Assembly (NCBI GenBank): GCA_964637955.1
Contig: CAZWXQ010000003.1
Location: 223,154-287,153 of the forward strand
DNA from: an uncultured Gammaproteobacteria bacterium
GTDB lineage: Bacteria > Patescibacteriota > Microgenomatia > Levybacterales > UBA12049
Direction: 5' to 3'
Length of the DNA stretch: 64,000 nucleotides
Positions within the stretch are counted from its first letter, which is position 1. Each line of letters starts with the position of its first letter. A program made the position numbers and the translations under genes. Shown in pieces: positions 40,642 to 50,688 of this stretch. The notes below the pieces were generated by a model. That model was not told where the DNA came from. It saw nothing but the letters and a program-made list of their open reading frames with translations, and did no database searches.

Positions 40642-41364
40642 TTAAAGTTTTTTTAAGATAGCTTCACGCGCTTTTGATTCTATTTTGTCATCCAATGGTT
40701 TTAATTCATCAGTTTTAAGAGAAAGATTGAGTAAATAATCAGCAAGCTGTGGGTTTTTAGGTAAAATTGGTCCGTGAAGATAAGTTCCAAAACTGTTTTT
40801 ATGCCTGGCACCCTCAAATCCATCATCATTATTTCCATGGCCCTTAATCACTTTTCCAAATGGTTTTACATTTTCTCCAAGATAAGTTCTTCCGCCATGA
40901 TTTTCAAAACCTATGATTTGCTCATTTAGGCTTTCAGTAATAGGTTCAATAATTATATTTCCGATTAGTCTTTCAGAATTGTTTCCCGGGTTTTCAGTAT
41001 GTAAATCAAAAATTCCTAAGCCATCAACAATAGATCCATCTGCCTCCTTGTAGAAGTTTCCTAGAAATTGGAAGCCACCACATACAAAAAGACCGGGTAT
41101 TCCGTCATCAATCATCATTGACAGGGTTTTATGATGTTTTTTAAGATCTGTATTTACTATTGTTTGTTGTTTGTCCTGGGCCCCACCCATAACTAGAAGA
41201 TCGCAGTCATTAAGAAGCTTGTCATCAAATCCTGGATTTAATTCAATTACATCTACCTTTATGTCTCGCCACATTGCTCTTTTGACAAGAGTAGTGATGT
41301 TGCCTCGATCACCATAAATGTTCATAAGCTGTGGATACAGCCATCCGATTTTCAAATATGTCAT
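40642..41364 (-). CDS. gatD: Lipid II isoglutaminyl synthase, glutamine amidotransferase subunit GatD
   Basis: There is strong block similarity to S. aureus GatD: IYGDRGN, GLFVCGGFQFLG, GFENHGGRTY and GTYLHGPILPKN. Confidence 0.85.
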   Translation of the reverse strand: MTYLKIGWLYPQLMNIYGDRGNITTLVKRAMWRDIKVDVIELNPGFDDKLLNDCDLLVMGGAQDKQQTIVNTDLKKHHKTLSMMIDDGIPGLFVCGGFQFLGNFYKEADGSIVDGLGIFDLHTENPGNNSERLIGNIIIEPITESLNEQIIGFENHGGRTYLGENVKPFGKVIKGHGNNDDGFEGARHKNSFGTYLHGPILPKNPQLADYLLNLSLKTDELKPLDDKIESKAREAILKKL

Positions 41365-42329
41365 TGTTTTAAATATTCTATATCATCAAGTATGCTTTCT
41401 TTAGCATGATTAATTCCGCTGATGTGGCCATTCTGATCACTCCACCAAAGTAATTCAACTGTTAAAAACCCTTTAATTACATGGAAATTAAAATCAAAAT
41501 TTTCTAATGGGCTTATGGTTTCATATCCTTCTTTGAGATATTTGATTTGGTTTTTGTTTCTCTTATGCCAAAAATCCCAATCGGCAAAATCATGATAAAT
41601 TAAAGCGCTTTTACAAACTCCGAAGTCCAAAATTCCTGTAATTTTATCTTCAGTAACCATAATATGTTTTGGGCTGTAATCGCCATGAGCTAGATAAGTA
41701 TCCAAGTCGTTAAGTTTATTTTTGTCAGCCTCAAGTAGTTGAAATAGCTCTGGGATAATTTCAGGATTAAAATTATTTTTTATGGCTACTTCTTTAAATA
41801 TTTCTGCTTTTCCAAGAATTTCATTAGCATAAGACTCAAAATTCAGCATTTTTCCGTGTCCTTGTGGATCAATATCCCAATAGCCAGTTGTCTTAATTTT
41901 GTGAATTTTTGCAAGTATTTCTCCAGCGCTTATAAAAGTATCTTTAAAGTGATCATCTTCATATTCTTTGATAGACTCCGAGAGTGGTTTGCCTGGGACT
42001 TTAGATAATAGACAGTAATAAATTTTTTCTAATTCAAGCTCTTTTTCTCCGATCCCCAAAATATTTGGAATTGGGACGCCTTCATTTCTACTTTTTTCCA
42101 TAGCCCATACTTCGTAATCAAAGGATCTGTATCTTGAGATTCTTAAAATGTAGCTTTCATCATCTGAGGCTTTAACATCATATACTTCATTATCTTCGCC
42201 CTTAACTATTCTAGATTTATTAATTACCTTTGAGTTTGTAATTTTCTCAACGATTTCATTAATAGTGTCATCTGGGGTTCGATGCTTTGAGTGTTTTTCT
42301 TCGAGATATTTTTGATAATCAAATTTCAT
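41361..42329 (-). CDS. APH/ChoK-family phosphotransferase (protein-kinase-like fold)
   Basis: Conserved blocks are YILRI, HGDYSPKHIMV and ILDFG. It is 322 aa, with 4-nt overlaps to both neighbours. Confidence 0.75.
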   Translation of the reverse strand: MKFDYQKYLEEKHSKHRTPDDTINEIVEKITNSKVINKSRIVKGEDNEVYDVKASDDESYILRISRYRSFDYEVWAMEKSRNEGVPIPNILGIGEKELELEKIYYCLLSKVPGKPLSESIKEYEDDHFKDTFISAGEILAKIHKIKTTGYWDIDPQGHGKMLNFESYANEILGKAEIFKEVAIKNNFNPEIIPELFQLLEADKNKLNDLDTYLAHGDYSPKHIMVTEDKITGILDFGVCKSALIYHDFADWDFWHKRNKNQIKYLKEGYETISPLENFDFNFHVIKGFLTVELLWWSDQNGHISGINHAKESILDDIEYLKQ

Positions 42330-43072
42330 AATTTAGGAAAAATTTTGTTTTCGTCGTTTACTTCAATAAATCGTCCATTGTACATATCATGAAGCTTTCC
42401 ATTTTTATGCCATTTTTTGTTTTTATTATATTCATCTACCCATAAATAAGTATATGTATTAAAAAGTCCAGGTTTTTCGAAAAAATTATTTCTCTGAGAA
42501 ATATAAAACCAAAAATAATTTGATGGAGTATCAAAGCCTTTTGAATATTTATTATAAATCGTATTGTTTGAGTTTTGTCTAATTCCTTTGACTTCGAGTG
42601 CAAAATTTTTTATGTACTCACTACGGATTTCTAATGAGTTTAATGGAATTTCATCCTTTACATAGTACAAATTATTCATTGGATCTAAAACAAACCATTT
42701 TTTAAATTTTGAAGACCATATATCGCAAACACCATGGTGCATGTCTGGTTCAGTTGCTTCATGGTCGCTGTCTACTCCAAGTTTTCTGACATACCATCCA
42801 AGAGCAGTTGAGCATTGGATTAGAAGCTGAGTTTGCTGTGTGCAGCGAAAGTGCATTCCTTTTTCCAGATCTTTTAGAATTTCAAAAGATGAAAGATCAG
42901 AATAATCTTTATATTCACCACCTGAAGGGAGTTTGTTAAAAACCCAATTGTTTAAAGCAATTTGTTGTTCAAATTCATCATCTGAATTCAAAATAATTTC
43001 TTCTAAATGGCATAAACTTTTAAGTTCAATAAGTTTTGGATTATCAAACTTTTCCCAGATAAAATTCGTCAT
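42326..43072 (-). CDS. Transglutaminase-like cysteine-protease-fold protein
   Basis: FRCTQQTQLLIQCSTALGWYVRKLGV...HHGVCDIW...WFVLDP matches the Cys-His-Asp core layout of the transglutaminase-like superfamily. Confidence 0.5.
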   Translation of the reverse strand: MTNFIWEKFDNPKLIELKSLCHLEEIILNSDDEFEQQIALNNWVFNKLPSGGEYKDYSDLSSFEILKDLEKGMHFRCTQQTQLLIQCSTALGWYVRKLGVDSDHEATEPDMHHGVCDIWSSKFKKWFVLDPMNNLYYVKDEIPLNSLEIRSEYIKNFALEVKGIRQNSNNTIYNKYSKGFDTPSNYFWFYISQRNNFFEKPGLFNTYTYLWVDEYNKNKKWHKNGKLHDMYNGRFIEVNDENKIFPKL

Positions 43073-44364
43073 AATATTTTCTTTCCTGTAATTATTTTAC
43101 GTATATCTAGCATTGCAGAGTAATTGGGAAGAATGTAAAGTGTTTCGCCTCCTTCCAGGCTTTTTGCAGCTTGATCAAGTGCTTCTTCTGGATCAGAGTA
43201 TGAATGAGCAAAAATTTCTGTATATTTAAGTCGAAGTGCCATGTCAAAAACTCTGTCGCCACTTACTGTAATGTGCATGTTTTTACTTAGTAATTCTTCG
43301 AAGTTTATATCCCAAATCCAACTTACATCAAGTCCGTCCGGGATTTTATCATTAAATAAAATCAAGAGATTTTTGCCTTTAAGTTCTCTTATTGTTTCCA
43401 GGGATTCATTAAAGCTTGTTGGGTTTTTAGAAAGAAAAATTTGAACTTTATTCCCTTTATACTCTAGTGTTTCTTGTCTTCCAAAAGCAGGGGTGAAAGT
43501 GGAAAAAGCACTTTCTATTTTAGACTTAGAGATATCTTCTTGTTCTCCAAAAAGAGCAGCGGCAAGAGTATTGTATTTATTGTAGTTTCCGAAAAGAGGG
43601 AAGCTTGAAATATTGTCTAAATCTGGCTTTGGTCTTTCAAGTTTACAATTCGGGCATTTCCATATTCCAAGATGAGAGAAAAAGACAGTCGAAAAAGAAA
43701 GTTTTTCACTACATTTCGGACAATGCGTGGAATCTGCGCCATGTTTTAGTTCGGTTTTATCACCCTTTTCGAGACCGAAGTAAGCGGACTTGGCTTTTGA
43801 TTTATTCCCAAGATATGAAATCAGCGGATCATCGGCGTTTAGAATGAGTGTTGTTTTATTACTTAGTTTTTCAAAAGCCCTAGACCATTTTTGAGCAATA
43901 GAATCCACCTCGCCATAGCGATCCAGCTGATCTCTAAAAAGATTTAGTGCGACGATGTAATCTGGGCTAGTTTGTTCAAGGATTAGAGGAAGAGCATTTT
44001 CATCAGATTCAAAAATGAGATAATCTTTCTCTAGCCTCGCAAGGCCAGGCCTTGCGAGGCTAAGGTTTACTCCTCTTATTAAAGTTGAAGCAAGTCCATT
44101 TACTAGGTTGGCTCCTGCTTTGTTTTGAAGATAGGTTTTTTCGTTTTCTCTTATTATTGATGTTATGAGTCGGGAAGTGGTGGTTTTGCCATTTGTCCCT
44201 GCGACTATGATTATTTTTGTTTTTGAATTCTTGAGAACGTCTTTTATAAAGTTTTTATTTAGCTTCAGCGCAATATGTCCAGGCCAGGTAGAGCCTGAGC
44301 CGAGATTAAAAGTCGAACTAAGAATAATAAGTAGCTTTCCAATTAGAATAGAAGTTATATTCAT
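43069..44364 (-). CDS. murT: Lipid II isoglutaminyl synthase, Mur-ligase subunit MurT
   Basis: The P-loop IIVAGTNGKTTTSRLI and the MurT-specific Cys4 ribbon HCPKCSEKL...WKCPNC are present. NLFRDQLDRYGE is also conserved. Confidence 0.85.
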   Translation of the reverse strand: MNITSILIGKLLIILSSTFNLGSGSTWPGHIALKLNKNFIKDVLKNSKTKIIIVAGTNGKTTTSRLITSIIRENEKTYLQNKAGANLVNGLASTLIRGVNLSLARPGLARLEKDYLIFESDENALPLILEQTSPDYIVALNLFRDQLDRYGEVDSIAQKWSRAFEKLSNKTTLILNADDPLISYLGNKSKAKSAYFGLEKGDKTELKHGADSTHCPKCSEKLSFSTVFFSHLGIWKCPNCKLERPKPDLDNISSFPLFGNYNKYNTLAAALFGEQEDISKSKIESAFSTFTPAFGRQETLEYKGNKVQIFLSKNPTSFNESLETIRELKGKNLLILFNDKIPDGLDVSWIWDINFEELLSKNMHITVSGDRVFDMALRLKYTEIFAHSYSDPEEALDQAAKSLEGGETLYILPNYSAMLDIRKIITGKKIL

Positions 44365-44867
44365 GTTAAATTTGGATTGTCCAATGTACCTTTAAAGTAT
44401 TTCCATTCCTTGTTGTCTGGAGTTCCTCCACTTACTGCATGAGCTCCTGCATATCCAGATTTTTTAAAAATATCAATAGTTTTTCTTACTGAATCACCAT
44501 TTCCAAAAATTGATATCATAGATCCATCAGTCCATAATTCAACTTCAAACTGGACATCTTCTGGAGCTCTTTCTGGAGAAAGTCCTTCGCCTTCTCTCAG
44601 AAAACCATGATTAGAAGTATTATTACTATAAACGATAGAGCTACCAATGGTTACGCCTGTTATCCTGGATTTTGAGGCTGGCTCTTGTGAATTTTCTCCT
44701 AAATATGGTAAACGGTTTTCAAGAGACTCTTTAACATATGAGACTTTTCTTGCATTTCTTGTTTCCTCAGATAGACCTGTTTCATCTCTAACTTTTGGAA
44801 GGAAAGATTTATGTTCTGGTGCTTGTAAGAACCCTACTTCTACAGGAGCTATGTCAGTCATCTTCAT
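44361..44867 (-). CDS. Hypothetical protein
   Basis: It is 168 aa and overlaps the murT start by 4 nt. Confidence 0.45.
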   Translation of the reverse strand: MKMTDIAPVEVGFLQAPEHKSFLPKVRDETGLSEETRNARKVSYVKESLENRLPYLGENSQEPASKSRITGVTIGSSIVYSNNTSNHGFLREGEGLSPERAPEDVQFEVELWTDGSMISIFGNGDSVRKTIDIFKKSGYAGAHAVSGGTPDNKEWKYFKGTLDNPNLT

Positions 44868-44893
44868 ATTGTAGCAAAGATTTTGAGGTGAGT

Positions 44894-45331
44894 TTAGGAT
44901 GACATCTGAAGGAAATTTTTAATCATCTTATTTATTTTTTCTGTAGCAAGTTCTGAGTTAATCGTTTTTGGCACGTGGATAAATGAATATTTAGAATTTG
45001 GTATATTTTTTGTAATAAGAAAAGAAATATAGTTACAGTACGAATTTCCAATATCTTCTGAATAAATTACTCCATCGATTGGCTCAAGAAAATTATTTAT
45101 TTTAAGAGCTTGAGTATCGCTCTGACACTCGGTTTCCAATCTTATTTTGGTTTGTTCGGGTCCATCATAATCTCCAATGCCAATTATGAATTTATATTCA
45201 TATAGTTGGTCAGAGAAGTTTGGCAGCAATGTTTTTCCTCTTGGAGCAATTAGTCGATTTGGAAAATCGATTTCTATAATTATTCTCTTAGGAAGTTTGG
45301 CAGGTAGCGCAAAGATAACAAGATCTTTCAT
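44894..45331 (-). CDS. Hypothetical protein
   Basis: It is 145 aa and abuts the htpX stop. Confidence 0.45.
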   Translation of the reverse strand: MKDLVIFALPAKLPKRIIIEIDFPNRLIAPRGKTLLPNFSDQLYEYKFIIGIGDYDGPEQTKIRLETECQSDTQALKINNFLEPIDGVIYSEDIGNSYCNYISFLITKNIPNSKYSFIHVPKTINSELATEKINKMIKNFLQMSS

Positions 45332-46221
45332 TACATTGTTCTTAGGATTTTAATTCTTTCTTCTAGAGGCGGGTGAGTATTAAATAGTCCTGTGAACATG
45401 TTTTTAACGTTCTTTTTATTGTCAAATGGGTTTTCTATGAAAAGATGGGCAGTAGCATTGCTGGCATGTTTTGGAGGAGTATGGTCAGCTGCTAGCTTCT
45501 CAAGAGCCGAAGCCAAGCCTTCTGGATAACGCGTGAGAAGAGCGCCAGATGCATCAGCGAGAAGCTCTCTTTTTCTGCTTACTGAGAGTTGGATAAGAGT
45601 CGCTGCGATGGGTGAAAGAATTGCCAAGACTATAGCTACGATCATAAATAATGCATTACCTTTATTGTCGTCTGAGTTACTGAAGAATGAAATTCTGACA
45701 AACATGTCTGAGAGTATAGCCACAAATCCTACGAGAATTGCAAGAACTCCCGCAAGTCTTATGTCAAAGTTTTTTATATGAGAAAGTTCATGTGCGATCA
45801 CTCCTTCAAGTTCTGCTTCATTCATCATGTTTAGAAGGCCTGTGGAAGCTGCTACGACAGCGTGTTTGGGGTCTCGCCCTGTAGCGAAGGCATTTGGGGA
45901 AGGATCATTTATAACATAAACTTTTGGCATGGGAAGTCCTGAGGCAATCGAAAGATTCTCTACGGCTCTATAGTAATCTGGGAAATCTTGTTTTTGAATT
46001 AACTTAGCACCAGTGCTCGCAATAACCATTTTATCTGAGTAATAAAAACTGCCGATACTCATAATTCCAGAAATAACTAATGCTATTCCTGTAACGCCAA
46101 TTACACTAAGTCCAAGAGCTTTGCTCATGACGTAAACGATTGTAGTTATGAAGACCACAAAGAAAAACATGATAGCCCAAGTTTTCCATTTGTTTGAAGA
46201 TATATTACTGTAGATATTCAT
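45331..46221 (-). CDS. htpX: HtpX-like M48 zinc metalloprotease
   Basis: The HExxH motif HELSHIKN is present. There are 4 TM segments. Confidence 0.85.
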   Translation of the reverse strand: MNIYSNISSNKWKTWAIMFFFVVFITTIVYVMSKALGLSVIGVTGIALVISGIMSIGSFYYSDKMVIASTGAKLIQKQDFPDYYRAVENLSIASGLPMPKVYVINDPSPNAFATGRDPKHAVVAASTGLLNMMNEAELEGVIAHELSHIKNFDIRLAGVLAILVGFVAILSDMFVRISFFSNSDDNKGNALFMIVAIVLAILSPIAATLIQLSVSRKRELLADASGALLTRYPEGLASALEKLAADHTPPKHASNATAHLFIENPFDNKKNVKNMFTGLFNTHPPLEERIKILRTM

Positions 46222-46296
46222 AAAATTAAGAATTCTAAATAAATTTAGAATAACGATTTATTATTAATAAGAAATACTATTTTAAAACTCAATGAA

Positions 46297-46851
46297 TTAG
46301 AAAGATACTTTAACGTTTTTTCTTTCTTCTTCAGTGGCTCCGAAGAACTCCGCAGGTTGAAAATTAAGCATTTTTGCAAAAATTACATTTGGGAAAACTT
46401 GAAGTTTTGTGTTGTAATCAAGAACATTTGAATTATAAAACTGTCTGCTATAAGCGATTTTATTTTCTGTATCTGATAATTCTTCTTGCAGTTCTTTAAA
46501 ATTATCACTAGCTTTAAGTTCTGGATATGCTTCGGCTACTGCAAAAATTGATTTTAAAGCATCAGTAATTTGATTGTTAACTTCTGATTTTTTCTCAGGA
46601 GTTTTTGCACTCATTAAATCGCTTCTAAGCTCAGTTACTTTTTCAAAAACTGCTTTTTCGTGTTTAGCATAGCCTTTTACAGTTTCGATAAGATTTGGAA
46701 TAAGATCAGTTCTTCTTTTTAGCTGTACATCTATTTGAGAAAATGCTTCTTTGACTCTGAGTCTTGCTGAAATTAGAGAGTTATAAATATACCAAAGGAA
46801 TATTCCAATTCCTCCAACTATTATTACTAAAATTATTATTGTTGTATTCAT
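46297..46851 (-). CDS. lemA: LemA-family protein
   Basis: It has an N-terminal TM helix and the conserved block [21 protein letters not shown]...AYPELKA. Confidence 0.8.
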   Translation of the reverse strand: MNTTIIILVIIVGGIGIFLWYIYNSLISARLRVKEAFSQIDVQLKRRTDLIPNLIETVKGYAKHEKAVFEKVTELRSDLMSAKTPEKKSEVNNQITDALKSIFAVAEAYPELKASDNFKELQEELSDTENKIAYSRQFYNSNVLDYNTKLQVFPNVIFAKMLNFQPAEFFGATEEERKNVKVSF

Positions 46852-46880
46852 TATAAATTGATCCTTTTTCAGGTTTAAAG

Positions 46881-48647
46881 TTAACTCTTAAACCAATCCT
46901 TAACTTTATTATATAGCATTGTATTAATAATGTCATCTTTTTTAGCCCACCCTCGTCTTGCCTGAGAAACACCGTATGGCATAAGCTCCATCTGAGATTT
47001 TTCATGTGAATCAGTATCGATCACCAGTTTTACACCGGCCTCTATAGCCATTCGTACCACTGAGCCTTCCAGATCAAGTCGATTTGGAAATGAATTTATT
47101 TCAAGAGCTTTGTTGTTTGCGACGCAAAATTTGAATAACTTTTCGAAATCTACTTCGTATCCTGGTCTTTCATTAAGAAGTCTTCCAGTAGGATGAGCAA
47201 GAATCTTGGCTTTTGGATGAGACAAGCCTTTTATGATCCTCTCTGTCATTTCATCTTTTCGAGTTTTAAATACGCTGTGAATGGAAACTATACTTGCGTC
47301 TAGTTCATCTAGTGCAGCGTCTGGAAGTGCCAGAGATCCATTTGGGAGAATATCAGTTTCCATCAATTTAAAAATAGGGAAGTCGTGCTTTTTACTTCGC
47401 TTATCTATTTCAGCGTTTCTCTTTTTGATTAGATCAAGGATCTGATCATCAGAATGCTTTGATTGGGATGGATTATGTTCTGAAAAACCCATGTAGGAAT
47501 ATCCAAGAGACTTGGCTTTAAGAATCATCTCCTCGATGGTACTTTGGCCTAAATCATGGGAGGGTTCTATGGGAAAGCTAGAGTGAAGATGAAATTCTCC
47601 TTTTATATCTTTTAATTCCAGTAATTTTGGAAGTTTATTAGCAATTGCCAACTCAATTTCTCCAGAGTCTTCGCGCATTTCAGGAGGAATCCATGCAAGT
47701 CCAATTGCTTTATAAAAATCTTCCTCATTCGCATATTTGGTAACTTTTCCTGTTTTTACATTTTTTATTCCTTTTTCATTTAGAGATAATCCTTTTTTAA
47801 GAGCTAGCTCTCTCAAATGAACATTGTGATCTTTACTTCCTGTAAAATGCTGAAGGAGTGATCCCCATTGATCAGGCTCTAAAACCAAAAGATCGATTTG
47901 TGCGCCACCAGTGGTAAGAAGGGAAGAGCCGGATGGACCTTTTTCTATAATTCTGGATTTTCTGGGATAATCTGCGAAGTGATCAATGGTTTTGGCAGGA
48001 TCTTTACTAACAACTGCAATATCGATATCTCCGACCAGTGGTTTTCTTCTACGCAAACTACCAAGTGGCATGGCTTCTTTTACATTTTTATCTTCTTTAA
48101 GATAATCAATCATGTCCTGGGCAATTTCACCGGCATAGGGAAGTAGCATCTTAGTGGTTTTTCCAAATCCTTTTTTAAATTCTTCTATTGCTCGCAGAAT
48201 ATCAGCTTGGGATTTTTCTCCAAAGCCTTCAAGCTTTGCGATTTCTCCTGCTTCAGCTACCTTGGTTAAATCATCCAGAGCGGTTTTTTCATTCTCAATT
48301 TTGAACTCTGTCGCAAGTCGATATGCTTTCTTAGGACCAATACTCGGAATCTCTATAAATAGAAAAACTGGCTTGGGTATTCCTGACATGACCTCATCAA
48401 AATGGTCGACTTTCCCAGTTGAGAGAAGTTCTTCGAGTCTTTGCTTGAGAGTAGCTCCAACACCTGGGATCTGGTCAAGTTTTCCCTCTTTATATAAATC
48501 TGCGACTTGAATACTAAGTCCGTCTATGGCGTCAGCTGCATTTTGGTAGGCGAGAAGTTGAAATCGAAATTTCGCTTCATTTTTAATAATATAAGCAGCG
48601 GCTACATCGCGAAGAAGCTTAGAAATTTCCTTATTTGTCATGTCCAA
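46881..48647 (-). CDS. polX: Family X DNA polymerase with C-terminal PHP domain (PolX)
   Basis: It has N-terminal HhH motifs, a pol-beta nucleotidyltransferase motif [17 protein letters not shown] and a C-terminal PHP histidine cluster. Length is 588 aa. Confidence 0.8.
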   Translation of the reverse strand: MDMTNKEISKLLRDVAAAYIIKNEAKFRFQLLAYQNAADAIDGLSIQVADLYKEGKLDQIPGVGATLKQRLEELLSTGKVDHFDEVMSGIPKPVFLFIEIPSIGPKKAYRLATEFKIENEKTALDDLTKVAEAGEIAKLEGFGEKSQADILRAIEEFKKGFGKTTKMLLPYAGEIAQDMIDYLKEDKNVKEAMPLGSLRRRKPLVGDIDIAVVSKDPAKTIDHFADYPRKSRIIEKGPSGSSLLTTGGAQIDLLVLEPDQWGSLLQHFTGSKDHNVHLRELALKKGLSLNEKGIKNVKTGKVTKYANEEDFYKAIGLAWIPPEMREDSGEIELAIANKLPKLLELKDIKGEFHLHSSFPIEPSHDLGQSTIEEMILKAKSLGYSYMGFSEHNPSQSKHSDDQILDLIKKRNAEIDKRSKKHDFPIFKLMETDILPNGSLALPDAALDELDASIVSIHSVFKTRKDEMTERIIKGLSHPKAKILAHPTGRLLNERPGYEVDFEKLFKFCVANNKALEINSFPNRLDLEGSVVRMAIEAGVKLVIDTDSHEKSQMELMPYGVSQARRGWAKKDDIINTMLYNKVKDWFKS

Positions 48648-48676
48648 ATAATATCATTTTGGAGAAAGAAGGTAAA

Positions 48677-49591
48677 TTATTTTTCGCTACTTTTTGTTTG
48701 CTCTCTAGATTTCCATAATTCTTGAATCGAAGCTTCATGAAAACGTTCGTATTCTGAATAGGCTGTTATAAAATTTTCGCTTCCTTCAATTCTTTTAAAA
48801 TCCACACTTTCGTAGAATTCTCTGAGTATTCTTCTTGCACTCTCAATATAAGTTGTAATTTCGGGATCGTCTGCAGATTCATATGCGAAGCTAAAATCAG
48901 GATGTGCGCCGCTATATCTTTGAGCAGCAGGATGTGCGGATAGTAGCATTGAATCTATTAAAGCCGGTACCTTTTTTTCTTTGTAAGCTTTATCAAAATC
49001 TATGATTGCTTGATCGGGATAGCCAAGCATTATTCCCTCAGCATAAGCTTGTTGTCTAAACTCATGAGACATAGGTCCTTCTAATGAAACTTCACTTAAA
49101 CGTTCAAAAAAGTTAGATCTCCAACTTTCAAAGCCTTCAAATCCCTGAGACATATTAAAAGGCTCAACACCTAACATTGGCAATAATTTAGTTGACCTAT
49201 GAGATTTATGGTCGTAGCCTCTTAAGCTATCAAACCTTCCTTCGGCGAGTTTGCCTGCAAATCCGGGTTTACTAATTAACAGTCTAATACCCTTACTCTC
49301 AAGCATTTTATTTGCAGCTTCTATTTTTGGTGCGCTTTCCGCAGGGGCTACAATTGAATAAACATAATTCTCGCCTTTTAAGCCTGCCATAGCTAGTACA
49401 TAGCTAGGTTCGACTAAAGTGCAGCCGGTTTCAAATCCTAAAATATCAATTGACTCTGAGACAATTTTGGCAACATCAGTTCCGGTTAATAATTCAGCAC
49501 CTGGAGACTTTATCTCAGTAGTGCGCGGGGAATCGAGTGCTATTTGTGCATCAGGAGGTGTGGCTGCTGATATAGGTTCTTGATGATCCAT
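48677..49591 (-). CDS. Hypothetical protein
   Basis: It is a 304 aa ORF with moderately higher GC. Confidence 0.5.
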   Translation of the reverse strand: MDHQEPISAATPPDAQIALDSPRTTEIKSPGAELLTGTDVAKIVSESIDILGFETGCTLVEPSYVLAMAGLKGENYVYSIVAPAESAPKIEAANKMLESKGIRLLISKPGFAGKLAEGRFDSLRGYDHKSHRSTKLLPMLGVEPFNMSQGFEGFESWRSNFFERLSEVSLEGPMSHEFRQQAYAEGIMLGYPDQAIIDFDKAYKEKKVPALIDSMLLSAHPAAQRYSGAHPDFSFAYESADDPEITTYIESARRILREFYESVDFKRIEGSENFITAYSEYERFHEASIQELWKSREQTKSSEK

Positions 49592-49674
49592 TTATTAACT
49601 AATAATACACCTTTTGGAAAACCTGAGATAGAGAGTGTAATGTGGCGGGTGCTAATCGGCTATGTTAGGAATAC

Positions 49675-50430
49675 TTATTGCAATACTGCTTCTTGAGGAA
49701 GGTATCTGAACAATAAATCTTGATCAAAGCTGCCTGGTGCAATAAGTCCATACTTTCTCGCCATTTCTACTGTTGGCTTTCCTGGAAAAGCAAAAGATGT
49801 TAGAAGTAAAATTCCTCCCTCAGTCATAACATTTGGGGCAAGCCTTAGAAACTCTTCTTTATTGTATCTGTCAATTGCGTCATGCAATCCGAAAGTGGTG
49901 ATTAAAGAATATTTTTTATTGTCTGGATTTGAAAGGAAAGAAAACATGCCCTGTTCTATAGCTGTAGATCCTGGAGCAACTCTGTCAATCCTTCTTCTTG
50001 CATGCTCGCTAAAGCGTCTGTCAAGAAGCGTCACTTTTTCAAATGGGATTCCAAGTTTTTGAGCTAATTCTAATTCCGCATGTGCTTGTCCTGCACCTAG
50101 ACCCAGCATCTCAGCTTGACTAAAATCAGTTTCTGGAAAGTAAAATTTAAGAGTATCTCGTGTAGTTTCGGCCCAGATACCATCTGAGTTTAGGTTGTCA
50201 TATGAATCTCCTATGTGTGAAACACGATCTAATTTGTGGGGTTGACTTTGTAATCCTGCTGAGCTACTCAACTCACTTAAAGCAGCAGACAATAATAGTG
50301 GCTTGGAGGGTAACACGCCAAAATATACACCATCAGCTACATGGCAGTAAAAATCCGATCTATCAATAATTTCAATAGGGGTCATTTCGTTCATGCGTGG
50401 GATTATATCAAGAAGGTTGGAGTATATCAA
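49675..50430 (-). CDS. Hypothetical protein with a methyltransferase-like Rossmann motif
   Basis: It is 251 aa with EMLGLGAGQAHAELELA as a motif-I-like segment. It starts 10 nt downstream of tRNA-Asp. Confidence 0.45.
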   Translation of the reverse strand: MIYSNLLDIIPRMNEMTPIEIIDRSDFYCHVADGVYFGVLPSKPLLLSAALSELSSSAGLQSQPHKLDRVSHIGDSYDNLNSDGIWAETTRDTLKFYFPETDFSQAEMLGLGAGQAHAELELAQKLGIPFEKVTLLDRRFSEHARRRIDRVAPGSTAIEQGMFSFLSNPDNKKYSLITTFGLHDAIDRYNKEEFLRLAPNVMTEGGILLLTSFAFPGKPTVEMARKYGLIAPGSFDQDLLFRYLPQEAVLQ

Positions 50431-50439
50431 ACTATATCT

Positions 50440-50517
50440 TGGCGGGGTGGACGGGACTCGAACCCGCGACCTCTTCCGTGACAGGGAAGCGCTCTAACCA
50501 AACTGAGCTACCACCCC
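50440..50517 (-). tRNA. tRNA-Asp (anticodon GUC), CCA encoded
   Basis: The reverse complement is GGGGTGGTAGCTCAGTTTGGTTAGAGCGCTTCCCTGTCACGGAAGAGGTCGCGGGTTCGAGTCCCGTCCACCCCGCCA. The anticodon loop is CTGTCAC. Confidence 0.85.
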
Positions 50518-50688
50518 TCGAGAGTCGTGGGACAAACCTCGCGGTTTTTCCCAACGATTTCCCTTTAGGGATGCTCTAGACCGCGATTAATCAGCTTACG
50601 GTCCAGGCGAGCAACTATAAAATCTTGCATTTAAAGTTGCAGATTACTATTTTACCAGAAGCTAGTTGTGCGTGCAACGATTTAATGC

